A stretch of 64,000 nucleotides of DNA. Source: Candidatus Entotheonellaceae bacterium. GTDB taxonomy: Bacteria; Tectomicrobia; Entotheonellia; Entotheonellales; Entotheonellaceae. Under the pieces are notes generated by a model, which worked only from the letters and a program-made list of their open reading frames with translations, did not search any database and was not told the origin of the DNA. Below are positions 33,302 through 43,250 of this stretch, one piece after another. The stretch's first letter is position 1. Every line of letters begins with the position of its first letter. A program made the position numbers and the translations under genes. Location: assembly GCA_965238075.1 (NCBI GenBank), contig OZ250173.1, forward strand, positions 1,120,001 to 1,184,000. Reading direction: 5' to 3'.

Positions 33302-34330
33302 ATGGCACGGCAAACACGTCGTCACTTTCTGCAGTTGATGGCATGGATCGGGCTTGGAAGTCAGGCTTGGCGGTCGGGCGTGGCACACGCCATGCACCAC
33401 GGGGCGGCGACAACTCCGACCGCGGCGACGCCGGTAGCACCGGCGATGACTTATCGAACGCTCGGCGCCACCGGTTTCAAGGCCAGCCGGCTGGTATTCG
33501 GCTGCGGTTCGGCGCTCTCGCGCGGACAGGCGGTCGGTCTCTTGGAGCCGGCGTTCGAGGCCGGCATCAACGTTTTCGACGTAGGTTTCCGCGGGTTCTA
33601 CAAGGACGCCGAGAAGAATATGGCGCCCTTCTTGAAGAGGCGTCGGCAGGATATTTTTCTGATCTCCAAGGCCAAGGTCGGTGGGAACCTGAAGCCGTCC
33701 GATACCTTGACCGTGGCTCAGGCGCGAGAGGCTGCCCAGGCTTGGTCCGCCTACCTCGACAATAGCCTGTCGGAATTGCAGGTCGATCACGTGGACGCCT
33801 ACTATCTCATGGGCGTGAACAATGCCTCCCTGGTTGGCAGCGAGGAAGTGTATAGCGCATTCGAGACGGCGCGGCAGGCGGGCAAGGTGTCGTATTTCGG
33901 TATCAGCACGCACGAGAACGCTGCCGCGCTTCTGGAGGTGGCAATCGAAACCGGCTGGTACACCTTGGCGCAAATCGCCATTACGCCGGCGGGTTGGTAC
34001 GACAATCCGAGCCGGCGCATCGTGGCAGGCACGCCGCTGATGCGCGACTTGCAGCCGATGCTGGCCCGGGCGCGGGCCGCCGGCATTGGATTGATCGGCA
34101 TGAAGGCGGGTCGTCACTTGGCCGGTAGGAGACTCACGCGCGCCAAGCCGAGAGCCTATGACCATTTGTACAACGATAAGCTCATGGCAGCGAACCTGAC
34201 GATCTTCCAGCGCAGTTACGCCTACGTGCTGGCGCACGGGCTTGATGTGGTTAACGCCGATATGCAAAGCGCTGGGCATTTTCAGGAAAATTTCTTTGCG
34301 GCGGCCACGTCGGATACGTATTTCACCTAA
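33302..34330 (+). CDS. Tat-exported aldo/keto reductase family protein
   Basis: TRRHFL signal with AHA site, YRTLGATG, GINVFD, GKVSYFGISTH and GLIGMK motifs. Confidence 0.85.
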   Translation: MARQTRRHFLQLMAWIGLGSQAWRSGVAHAMHHGAATTPTAATPVAPAMTYRTLGATGFKASRLVFGCGSALSRGQAVGLLEPAFEAGINVFDVGFRGFYKDAEKNMAPFLKRRRQDIFLISKAKVGGNLKPSDTLTVAQAREAAQAWSAYLDNSLSELQVDHVDAYYLMGVNNASLVGSEEVYSAFETARQAGKVSYFGISTHENAAALLEVAIETGWYTLAQIAITPAGWYDNPSRRIVAGTPLMRDLQPMLARARAAGIGLIGMKAGRHLAGRRLTRAKPRAYDHLYNDKLMAANLTIFQRSYAYVLAHGLDVVNADMQSAGHFQENFFAAATSDTYFT

Positions 34331-34358
34331 AACGACGTAACGCCCAAGGCGTGAAGGC

Positions 34359-34413
34359 AAAAGAGCCGTATGCAGCGGGAACCACTCCCAAGGCTGCCTA
34401 CGGCTCTTTTTTT
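34359..34413. terminator. Bidirectional intrinsic terminator
   Basis: aaaagagccgta...tacggctcttttttt long hairpin between convergent genes. Confidence 0.75.
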
Positions 34414-34425
34414 GGCGGGCTTCGG

Positions 34426-36123
34426 TTACTCCCGACAGGTAACTGCCACGGTGAAGCCGTGCGCCAGCGCCGCCAGACCCTCCGGTGTGAGCGCCTCGTC
34501 GGACGGCTGGCGGCTGTATTCGATGCCATGGATTTCGAGGAAGCTGCGTACGATGGCGCCTTTGAGGGCAAAGTTGACGTTCTGAGGAACGTCGCCGGTC
34601 TCCTGTGCCGTGCGGACGGCGTTCAGCTTCGCCGTCACCACGCCGATAACGTTCCCGGCGTTATCCAATACCGGACCGCCGCTGTTGCCGTGTTGCACCG
34701 GTGCGCTGATTTGCAGCCACTTCGCCTCGTTGCCGAGACCAGTCAGAGAGCTGACGTTTCCCCGCGTGACGTTGAGGGTTGGCGCCAGCAATCCCTTCAG
34801 CGGATATCCCGCCACCGCGACCTCCGCGCCCAAGCTGGCGCGGGGCAACTCGCTAAATGACGCCGGCTTGTCGAACACAGCCGAGCACGTCGGGCTCCAC
34901 CACGCACAGGACTCTTCGGAATCCACTACAAGCAGGGCCAAATCATTCTCGGTGTCCTGCGCCTGAACCACCGCGTGACGGGAGATGTCCCCATACGTAA
35001 TCGTCGCACCGGCGGCGCACCTTTCGACGGCGTGGTGGCTGGTCAAAATCTCACCGGTACGGCTGACCACAAAACCACTGCCGGAGCCGGTTGTTTCGGG
35101 CTTGGCCGGCACCTCGGCAGCCTGTCTCGCCTGTCCCCCCGTGACCGCCGCCTGAAGCAGCCGCAGAAGCTCTTCCGTTATCTGTCCGGTCGGCGCAAGG
35201 CCGGCGTAGCGCTGAAAATGCTGCACTGCAATCCGGGTACGCTTGCCAATCAGGCCGTCCGCCGGACCCGGGTCATAGCCCAATGCCGCAAGATATATTT
35301 GTGATTCGCGCACGGTGTCCTGCGACGGGCCGACGATGGGCCTAGGGACACTGGGCGCTTGAATCTGTCCGTCATTCGGCTGTACCGGGTTGGTAGACGG
35401 GACTGGCTGGAGACGGTCAATCTCCGTAGCACGGTCGATACGGTCTGCGACCACGCCGCTTAGAAGTTGAGCCTCGATAATCTGGGTGGAGGTCATCTCT
35501 TCGCGGAGCATTGTCTTCCGTCTTTTGGCCAGTTGTTGGACCCGCTCATCGCCTCTCGCAGCGGCGAGATTGAACCACGCATAGGCCTGGACGTTGTCCC
35601 GGGGAATTCCGGAACCGTCCGCGTACATCAGTCCCAGGCCGAACTGCGCCCGCCCGTGTCCTTGCTCGGCTGCCCACCGGTACCAGTTCGCGGCTTGGCG
35701 GTCGTCCTCGGGAACCCCCTCGCCGAATTCGTACATCACCCCCAGGTTAAACTGCGCCCGGGCGTCCCCCTGCTTGGCCGATTTCCGAAACCAGTAGACG
35801 GCTTGCGGGTCGTCCTCGGGCACCCCTTCGCCGCTGGCGTACATGATACCCAGGTGATACTGTGACTGGGAATTCCCTTGCCGGGCCGATTTCTGGAACC
35901 AGTACGCGGCTTGGCGGTCGTTCTCGGGCACCCCTTCGCCGTTGGCGTGCATGATGCCCAGGTAATATTGCGCTCGGGCATCCCCTTCCTCGGCCAGTGG
36001 ACGCCACTCACGCAGGGCAGCCGTAAAGTCGCCCCTCAAGTAGTACGCAGAACCAACCCAGAAATCCACCGCACTCGCTGATTGAACGGCCAGCAGCAAC
36101 ACAATCGCGATGATTCGGTACAT
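34426..36123 (-). CDS. Secreted Sel1-repeat / PG-binding / trypsin-like serine protease
   Basis: Signal peptide, four Sel1 repeats, LGYDPGPADGLIG PG-binding domain, triad TSHHAV / NDLALL / GNSGGP. Confidence 0.9.
   Translation of the reverse strand: MYRIIAIVLLLAVQSASAVDFWVGSAYYLRGDFTAALREWRPLAEEGDARAQYYLGIMHANGEGVPENDRQAAYWFQKSARQGNSQSQYHLGIMYASGEGVPEDDPQAVYWFRKSAKQGDARAQFNLGVMYEFGEGVPEDDRQAANWYRWAAEQGHGRAQFGLGLMYADGSGIPRDNVQAYAWFNLAAARGDERVQQLAKRRKTMLREEMTSTQIIEAQLLSGVVADRIDRATEIDRLQPVPSTNPVQPNDGQIQAPSVPRPIVGPSQDTVRESQIYLAALGYDPGPADGLIGKRTRIAVQHFQRYAGLAPTGQITEELLRLLQAAVTGGQARQAAEVPAKPETTGSGSGFVVSRTGEILTSHHAVERCAAGATITYGDISRHAVVQAQDTENDLALLVVDSEESCAWWSPTCSAVFDKPASFSELPRASLGAEVAVAGYPLKGLLAPTLNVTRGNVSSLTGLGNEAKWLQISAPVQHGNSGGPVLDNAGNVIGVVTAKLNAVRTAQETGDVPQNVNFALKGAIVRSFLEIHGIEYSRQPSDEALTPEGLAALAHGFTVAVTCRE
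35560..35995 (-). repeat. Four 108-bp tandem Sel1-coding repeats
   Basis: Recurrent cggg(c/a)acccc(t/c)tcgccg...cat...cccagg at 108-bp spacing. Confidence 0.85.
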
Positions 36124-36210
36124 GACTCCTCTCCTATGATGTCCAACAAGGACTTGGCCGCACCGCGGCCCGTCGGATGAATCGGAGTGATGTGGGTTAT
36201 GGTCTATCAT

Positions 36211-38475
36211 TCAGATCATCAACGCAATGGGTTCCAGGTGATCGGAACGTTGCTCAACCGTGCCGATGACCGCCGCGTACTCGTATCCTAGAGCCTGCAA
36301 CTCGGCAAGACACGCGGTGGCTTGGTCTGAAGGGACGCTGGCCAACAGACCGCCGGCGGTCTGGGGATCGAAAAGCAACGGGTAACGGGGCGCCTGCGCG
36401 ACGGAATCGAGGTCGCGAATGGCGCGGCGCAGACGCACGTTCTGCGGCTGCAGGGTGCTGAAAATCCCCGCTGCGACGGTTTCCTCAGCGCCGTCGAGGA
36501 CGGGCAACTGACTCAGGTCAAGGCACGCACCGACTTGCGACGCGCGGGTCATTTCAACCAAGTGACCGAGGAGGCCAAAGCCGGTCACGTCAGTACAGGC
36601 CGTAACACCGTGCCGCCGCAGGCACGCCGCCGCCGTACGGTTCGATAGCAGCATTGAAGCCAGGGCGGCGCTGACCCAGCGGCCCTTGGCCTTGAGCCGC
36701 ATTTCGGCGGCGAAGAGCGTGCCGGTTCCCAAAGGCTTGGTGAGGATGAGGCGGTCGCCGGGCTGCATGCCGCCCTTGCGTAGCAGGCTGGCTCGTTCGG
36801 CAAGTCCGTTGATGGCGAAGCCCAATGACAGTTCGGCGCCTTCACTGGTGTGCCCGCCGACCAGCGCCACCCCGGCGTCGTGCAGTACTTCCTCCGCGCC
36901 TTGCAGCATCTGCGACAGGGTGTCCTCAGTTTTTTGCTCCAGGCCATAGGGGACGGTGGCGATGGCGAGGGCCGTCTGGCCTTCGGCGCCCATGGCGAAG
37001 ATGTCCCCCAGGCTGTGCTGGGCAGCGATCTTGCCGAAGATATAGGGGTCGTCGACGAGAGCGCGGAAGAAATCAACAGTGTGCACCATCACTTTCTGGG
37101 ACGGCACCTCGACCACTGCGGCGTCATCGGGGTGGTCCAGGCCGACGAGGACATCGGTGCGCTGCACCGGCTGCAATTTCGCCAGGGCACGGTCGAGAGT
37201 GGTCGCGCCAACCTTGGCTCCGCAGCCACCGCAGCGCATCGCCATGGCGGAGATTTCCCGCATCGCGTCGGCGTCCGCCAGCCCCGGCGCCAGATCGACG
37301 GCAGGTGTTTCTCGCATCTCCGGCAGCACGTTGAACCTGTCCATGAAGCGGCGGTCGATCCAGTCCTTCCAGCGCCAGATCAAGCGGCCCTTCAAGAACC
37401 ACTTGCCGCGCGATGCTACGGCGTATTTGTCCCCCGTGCTGATGAGGCTGAGCCACTGCTTCTGAGGCGTAAAGGGCTGGGGCGGTTGTCCCAGCAGGAC
37501 GAGGCGCAGATTGCGGGCGAGCGGCGGGCCCTGGCGCACCGCAAACACCCCGGCCTTCTCGCGTGGGTGGGTCTCAACTGCGGCCACGTCGCCGGCGGCA
37601 AAGATGTCGGCGTGCGACACCGATTGCAAAGCGTCATTGAGGCGGATGAAGCCGTGCGCATCCACCGCAAGCCCGGCATCTGCCGGCCAGCAGGGCGCCG
37701 CGGCGTTGGTGACCCAGAGTATTTCTTCGAGCTCATGCGTGCTGCCGTCCTCGCAACCGAGGCCATTTTCCCACAGTCGGGTCACGCGGCACGGCGCATG
37801 GACGTGCACGCCGCGGGCCACCAGAAGCTGCTGAAATGTTGCTTGTACTCGTTTGTTGTGGGTTGGCAGGACGGTTTCGGTGCGGCTGAAGAGGTGAAAG
37901 GTCAGTTGTGCTTGGTACCCGGCTTCCTGGCACAATTGCCCCAGACGGCACTGCATCGCCAGCGTCAGCTCGACGCCGCCGGCACCGGCGCCGACAACGC
38001 CGATGCGCGCCACGCCGCGGGTCGCCAATACGCGGGGCACCAAACGCTCCCAGCGGGACAGGAAATTATTAATGGGCTTCACTGGTAGCACGAACTTGTC
38101 CGCGCCCGGCACCTGCGAGAAGTCGGGCGTGGAGCCGGTATTGATGGACAACACGTCGTAGGACACGTCCGGCCGATTGCCGCATCGAATACGCCGGTTG
38201 ACCGGGTCAAGGCCAATCACCTCGTCATGGTACAACCGAGCGCCGGCAAAGCGCGCCAGCGGTCCCAGGTCGATGTGAATGTCGTCGTAATCGTAGTGGC
38301 CGGCGACAAAACCCGGCAGCATGCCGGAATAAGGCGTGTGGACATCGCGGCAGATGAGTGTGAGGCGAACGCCGGTCAGCGGCCGCATGCCGAACTGTTT
38401 GAGAACCGTGACGTGGCTGTGACCGCCCCCGAGCAGGACCAAGTCTTTGACGACGGGCGTTGAACCATTCTGCAT
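36211..38475 (-). CDS. selD: Selenide, water dikinase fused to an N-terminal FAD/NADH oxidoreductase
   Basis: LLGGGHSH, YSGMLPG and FAAGD; then CGGCGAKV, DDAAV, VDFF, GGHT, TDVTGFGLLGHL and DPQTAGGLL. Confidence 0.93.
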   Translation of the reverse strand: MQNGSTPVVKDLVLLGGGHSHVTVLKQFGMRPLTGVRLTLICRDVHTPYSGMLPGFVAGHYDYDDIHIDLGPLARFAGARLYHDEVIGLDPVNRRIRCGNRPDVSYDVLSINTGSTPDFSQVPGADKFVLPVKPINNFLSRWERLVPRVLATRGVARIGVVGAGAGGVELTLAMQCRLGQLCQEAGYQAQLTFHLFSRTETVLPTHNKRVQATFQQLLVARGVHVHAPCRVTRLWENGLGCEDGSTHELEEILWVTNAAAPCWPADAGLAVDAHGFIRLNDALQSVSHADIFAAGDVAAVETHPREKAGVFAVRQGPPLARNLRLVLLGQPPQPFTPQKQWLSLISTGDKYAVASRGKWFLKGRLIWRWKDWIDRRFMDRFNVLPEMRETPAVDLAPGLADADAMREISAMAMRCGGCGAKVGATTLDRALAKLQPVQRTDVLVGLDHPDDAAVVEVPSQKVMVHTVDFFRALVDDPYIFGKIAAQHSLGDIFAMGAEGQTALAIATVPYGLEQKTEDTLSQMLQGAEEVLHDAGVALVGGHTSEGAELSLGFAINGLAERASLLRKGGMQPGDRLILTKPLGTGTLFAAEMRLKAKGRWVSAALASMLLSNRTAAACLRRHGVTACTDVTGFGLLGHLVEMTRASQVGACLDLSQLPVLDGAEETVAAGIFSTLQPQNVRLRRAIRDLDSVAQAPRYPLLFDPQTAGGLLASVPSDQATACLAELQALGYEYAAVIGTVEQRSDHLEPIALMI

Positions 38476-38708
38476 GCATGCATCCTGCTGGGAACCATCG
38501 CATCGGGGCTTCCGGCCACGCGGCGGCGGTTTGCTTGTTCATCGGGTGTCAGTGCCCGGCTGTTCGGGCGTCCGGCAAGTATAGGTCGGCGTAGGGTTGG
38601 CAACAAGGGGAGGGGGCGGCGTGGAGTCGGTGGGGGCTTTCGTTTATGCTGTGCGCGGGCATCGCATGACGCGCACCCCCCATTATTCAACTCGATTGGG
38701 AGAACGCC

Positions 38709-39026
38709 GTGGCACTGTATGAATTGCGTACGTACACCTTTCACGTTGGCAAGTTGGGCGAAGCCGTGTCGCTGTATGACTCGGAGGGATGGCCGGCGCT
38801 TCAGAAGTATGAAGACAAGCTTGTCGGGTATTTCACCGGCGACATCGGCGCGATGAATCAGCTGGTTCACCTGTGGAAGTTCGAGGACGACGCCGACCGG
38901 CGCCAGCACTGGGCCGCGGTGTTCGCGGATGCGGATTTCATGGCCTTCGCCGGCAAGCTGCGCCCCATGATCCTGACGCAGGGAAACAAGCTCATGTTTG
39001 CCTCGCCCTGGGGGCCGCATCCCTAA
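38709..39026 (+). CDS. NIPSNAP family protein
   Basis: LYELRTY and GAMNQLVHLW motifs, 105 aa. Confidence 0.88.
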   Translation: MALYELRTYTFHVGKLGEAVSLYDSEGWPALQKYEDKLVGYFTGDIGAMNQLVHLWKFEDDADRRQHWAAVFADADFMAFAGKLRPMILTQGNKLMFASPWGPHP

Positions 39027-39091
39027 GTTCACGGGTGTCGAGGCAGAAGCCCGGTGGGACGCAAAAGAACCTTCATGAACGGGTGAAGATC

Positions 39092-39448
39092 ATGTGTGAC
39101 CAACTCGCGGCCTGCGGAAATCGTCCCAACTGCGTCTGCAGTCGCGCAGATGCGGAGGCTCGTCATCGCGTCGAGCCGTTCGCCGTGTCAGGGGATGCCG
39201 CGGCCACCTTTGCCCGTTTGAAGAGTCTGTTGGCCGGTATGCCGCGCACCGCCGTTGTCACCGCAACCGACGAGTTCCTTCATGCGGTCTGCCGGAGCCG
39301 GCTCGGGTTCGCCGATGACGTCGAGTGCCGTCTCTGCCGCGCCGATGCCGTCATCCACGTGCGTTCTGCGTCACGAATCGGTTACTACGATTTCGGCGTC
39401 AATCGGGCGCGCGTCGAGGCGCTCCGGCGGCGGCTTCAAAGCGGATAG
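39092..39448 (+). CDS. DUF1499 family protein
   Basis: CGNRPNCVCS, GFADDVE and HVRSASRIGYYDFGVNRARVE motifs. Confidence 0.85.
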   Translation: MCDQLAACGNRPNCVCSRADAEARHRVEPFAVSGDAAATFARLKSLLAGMPRTAVVTATDEFLHAVCRSRLGFADDVECRLCRADAVIHVRSASRIGYYDFGVNRARVEALRRRLQSG

Positions 39449-40482
39449 CCGAGGCGCTCAAGCCCCGGGCTGCACACCTCGGTAAGCGCGTCGCGCTCGG
39501 CGGCATCAAGCCGTTCAAACTTCGAGGGTGTCGGGCGTGGAATGGCGCATACCTCACGCATCCAGGCTTCGTCTTCCAGTGCCGGGTCAATGAAGCGAAT
39601 GAGCCGCCGGATTTGAACCTCCGGCTCCGCTTGTACGTCCTCGAACTTCAGGTTCAGCAGGCGCTCGGAAGGGAGACGGTCGAGCATGCGCTCCCCCCGC
39701 TCGATCAGGGCACTCCATAGCGTCCCGAAATACGGAAGCGTCAGCTTGTCGTAGGGCAACCGTTCGGGCTTGAGCAGCACCATCGCCAATGGCTCCAACC
39801 GAAAGCTGAGCTGCTCCCAATGTTTCCCCCGCGCCAGCGACTTCATGGCATCGAATCCATACGACCGCATCGCCAGCATGTTCGCCGCAACCAAGCGAAA
39901 GAGGTAATGACGGCTCATGGAAGTGGCCGTTTCCCGTCCGTCGCGGTACACGTGGATCACCCGCGCCTCGGGAAACTCAAGCAACAATCTGGAAGCGAAC
40001 AGGAGAGACCCTCCGGAGCGTTCGGCCCAGGTGCAGCAACCGAACTGCTCGCACAGCCACGCGAAGAGATGACGGAAATGGTCGGCAGGCGGCTGCTTTG
40101 GCTGTGACCGCACGACTGGCCCGAGTTCGTCGTACAACTCCTCGTATCGTTCGGTGAGGTGCGGGAGCGTGGCGCACAGAATGGGCGGCACGTCGTCCTG
40201 CGTGTAGCGGGCGTTCGGGTTGTCAAGCGGGTAAAGCAATTCCTCGTATCGTCCCCGTAGCATGAGACGGGTTCGAGGCTGTTGCCGGCTGTAACGATCC
40301 CACATCCAAGCCCCGGCGGGCCGACGGCGGCTGAGCGAGCGGATTCCGATATAGCTGATGAACTCGGAGAGGCTGAGCACCTGCGGGTGGCGGTTCAGGA
40401 TGTTCGACACCATCGTCGACCCGCACCGTCCGGTGTTCAGGATGAAGACAGGGGGAATGGTCGAGGCAGGGGGACTTACCAC
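39436..40482 (-). CDS. Sulfotransferase family protein
   Basis: PAPS loop TGRCGST, VIHVYRDGRETATS and LKFEDV motifs. Confidence 0.88.
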   Translation of the reverse strand: MVSPPASTIPPVFILNTGRCGSTMVSNILNRHPQVLSLSEFISYIGIRSLSRRRPAGAWMWDRYSRQQPRTRLMLRGRYEELLYPLDNPNARYTQDDVPPILCATLPHLTERYEELYDELGPVVRSQPKQPPADHFRHLFAWLCEQFGCCTWAERSGGSLLFASRLLLEFPEARVIHVYRDGRETATSMSRHYLFRLVAANMLAMRSYGFDAMKSLARGKHWEQLSFRLEPLAMVLLKPERLPYDKLTLPYFGTLWSALIERGERMLDRLPSERLLNLKFEDVQAEPEVQIRRLIRFIDPALEDEAWMREVCAIPRPTPSKFERLDAAERDALTEVCSPGLERLGYPL

Positions 40483-41646
40483 GGGCTCGCCTTCTCCGTC
40501 TCCAGGTGATCGGGTAACTGGTAGCTGAAGTCTCCGATCATCGAGGCGTCGAGCAGAAAGACAAAGTTATTGCCCCGCCATTTCTCGGCCATTTGCGGCG
40601 CCAATCGGTTGAAGACGATGAGGAGCCGGCGTTTCCATCGCATCCACGTTAGCAGCCCTGCCGTTTGTTGCCGGGGGAACTGAAGCTGATCGGCGAGCTG
40701 GTGGCCAAGGAGGGCGCGGCAGACCCGGTACGTATGGGCCACCATGGCCTGTTGGGCGGCCGGCTCGGCAAGGCCGGCAACGTGAGGCAAGGCGGTGACC
40801 ATGGCATTGGCGATGGCGGTCGCCTCTTCTCCGGGCGGCGGCTCGCAGACCCCGGCGATCCGGTACAGTTCATTGGTCTCGGCCTCGTCGCCCTCGAACA
40901 GAAGCGCCTCGGGGGTACCGATCAGCCGCGACGCATAGCGCCAGATCTGCATGAAGCTGGCCCGCGCTTCGGCGTCCAGCCGCGCCCCGAGCCGTTGTGC
41001 CTGATGCAGCATCGTGGCGGAGAAGTTCGCCGCCGCAAGGCCCATGTGCGCGGCGCTGAGCGGCACGCCATAAACCGCCTCGTCCCAATTACCCGAGGTG
41101 CGAACCAACCGCCTGACCCGCGCGTGCACCAGCCGGATGCGCACGGACAGCTTCCAGCCATCGCCCTGACGCTCAAGAGCGCCCGGCAGCAGGATCTCGA
41201 TAAAATGCCGGGTGTTCTGCCGGATGCGTCGCAGGCCGTGCTCCGTCAGCACCCGCCCCGTCGTGTAGAACGCCTTGCTGATCAGCGAGGCCGCGTTTTG
41301 CACGGTAACCACGAAAAAAGCCGGGATGAACAGGTCGGAGTATTCGTGGAAGGCGCGGCAGCCGGGATAGACCGACTCCGGGTCGAACCACGCGGGTGTC
41401 GCTTCGACCTGCTCGAAGAAATTCCGTAACTCCTGCGGCCCGGCCGCGAGGGTCACGGCGTCTTGCTCCATGCCGGTGTGGATGAACCGATGGTCGTCTT
41501 TCTGGCGCAAGGCCGCCAACGCCTCAATGGCCGCATCGGCGGCCGGATCGTCAATGACCGTGTGCTCGACATAGCCTGGCAGCGAGTTGCGGATTGAGGG
41601 CTCGCGCCTTCTCGTATCCGATCTGATATGCGGAAGGTATATTCAT
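40476..41646 (-). pseudogene. Oxygenase MpaB/DUF2236 (Lcp-like heme oxygenase), frameshift near 5' end
   Basis: GGGAGG RBS + MNIPSAYQIGYEKAR; one extra base at ~41574-41576, then YVEHTVIDDPAAD...VRIRLVHARVR, WDEAVYGVP. Confidence 0.75.
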
Positions 41647-41721
41647 TGTCGATACCTCCCCATTTGGCCCGCTCACCTGTTTGAACCGATAGGGGATTTT
41701 AGTCCAGGGATCCGACTTGCC

Positions 41722-42721
41722 TCAAGGCTCTTGGCTCTCTCCGGCCAGCCACGACTCGCTCAAGCCGTTGAACATGCCCCAAAAGGACCCGCGGCTGCCG
41801 TCGGCTTCCTCAAACCCGGCAGCACTGAAGCCTGCCACCAGACGGGGATTGCCCGCCGGGTCGGGGACGTTGGAAAACTGTCCGCCCCAGAAACCCTCCG
41901 ATTGCGTGATAGCGCGCTCGGGATGCATAACCGTCACCTCCGTGTGTTCGAACGTGCCGTCGTCCGGGTTGAAGGACACGGCGCCGAGATGCATCTCGTA
42001 GTCAGTAGGCAGGGCCTCGAGCTGCTGCACCTCCTCGCCCAGAAGGTCATGCAGATGGGAACGCCGGATGGCGATGTCTCCCTGGCAGCCGATGCAGCCG
42101 CGCAGGGTGTTGTCGGAAAAGTCCGCCGTCAGTGTGACAATCGCTTCATACTCCTCGACCCCGCGAGTTCCCGCCAGTTCCCCCCAATTGTCGCCGTATT
42201 GATACCGATAGATACCCCCGGCGGGGCCGCCATAGGTGGCCTGTCCCTGTACCGGCATCTGGGGTGGATTCGATACGTCGATCTCCGGGCCGTCGATGAA
42301 CCCGGCGGCCTCGACCGCCGAGAGGTCAGGGGGATGCCCGGGGAAATGGAGCCAATACCCGGCGGCCAGGTAATCGGTCGGGTCGTCATTGGTCCAACTG
42401 ATCGCAGCATAGGCATACGTGGTGCTGTCCTGAGCGGTGTTGACGAATGTCCATGACCAGCCCGAGTGATCGGGCATGGCCGGACGAAACGGCTTGCCGT
42501 TGTCTACGGCAATTCCTGGCCGTCGTGAGTGTGGTCGTGCTCTCGTCTTCGTGTACCACCTTGACGCTCAGAACTTGTCCGTCGAACGTCGTGTTGCGTA
42601 TGAACCGTATCTCGCCTTCGTCCTGAGCGTCGTCAGACAGAGGGAGTCTACCGCCGCCGCCTGTGCAGGCAACTGTTGCCAGGGCCAGGAGGATGCTGAA
42701 AAGGAACGCAGTTAGTTTCAT
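41722..42721 (-). pseudogene. Frameshifted surface lipoprotein with TbpB/fHbp-like beta-barrel features
   Basis: Lipobox TVA-C, Gly linker, extra T at ~42511 separating TTARN from AVDNGKPFRPAM; MPVQGQATYGG and LTADFSDNTLRG motifs. Confidence 0.6.
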
Positions 42722-42785
42722 GGCACGTGTTCTCCGAAGCTCTGGTATCGGACGCGGGACGTGCGAGGGAGCCTCGAACGGGCAT

Positions 42786-43226
42786 TTACTCGTCTACGGG
42801 TTGTTGACGCCGCCGTTCCTGTTTGAGGATGCCGACACGGCGTTTTCCCTGCAGGCGGCGTTCGGCGGCGGCTCGGCCGGGGCGCGTGGGGCGGCGGGGT
42901 TTGGGAACGTGCAGCGCCTGTCGCAACAGGTGCTGAAACCGCTCGGTGACCTCGGCGCGGTTGCGAAACTGGCTGCGAGTGGCCTGGCAAGTCAGGTGCA
43001 GGACGCCGCGGCTGTCGATGGCCGATTTCAGCTTGCCGAGGACGCGAACGCGCTGCGATTCGTCTAGGCTGGCCGACTGCTGCACGTCGAACGTCAACTC
43101 CACCTGCGTCGCCGTGCGGTTGACGTGCTGACCGCCCGGGCCGCCGCTGCGGCTGAAGTGAAATTGCAACTCCGCCATCGGGATCGTCACCGTGTCGGTG
43201 ATATGCAGGTCAGGTTGATCGGCCAT
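42786..43226 (-). CDS. arfB: Alternative ribosome rescue factor B
   Basis: RSGGPGGQHVN, RSQFRNR and basic C-terminal tail. Confidence 0.93.
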   Translation of the reverse strand: MADQPDLHITDTVTIPMAELQFHFSRSGGPGGQHVNRTATQVELTFDVQQSASLDESQRVRVLGKLKSAIDSRGVLHLTCQATRSQFRNRAEVTERFQHLLRQALHVPKPRRPTRPGRAAAERRLQGKRRVGILKQERRRQQPVDE

Positions 43227-43250
43227 GATCTTCACATGCGGCGCAGAGCC

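Noticed and set aside
35560-35995. Regularly spaced repeats as a CRISPR array
   Set aside because: They are 108-bp in-frame Sel1 coding units with no unique spacers and no cas genes
37215-37240. Selenocysteine in SelD itself (and in the YHS protein)
   Set aside because: Both have ordinary Cys codons at the relevant sites
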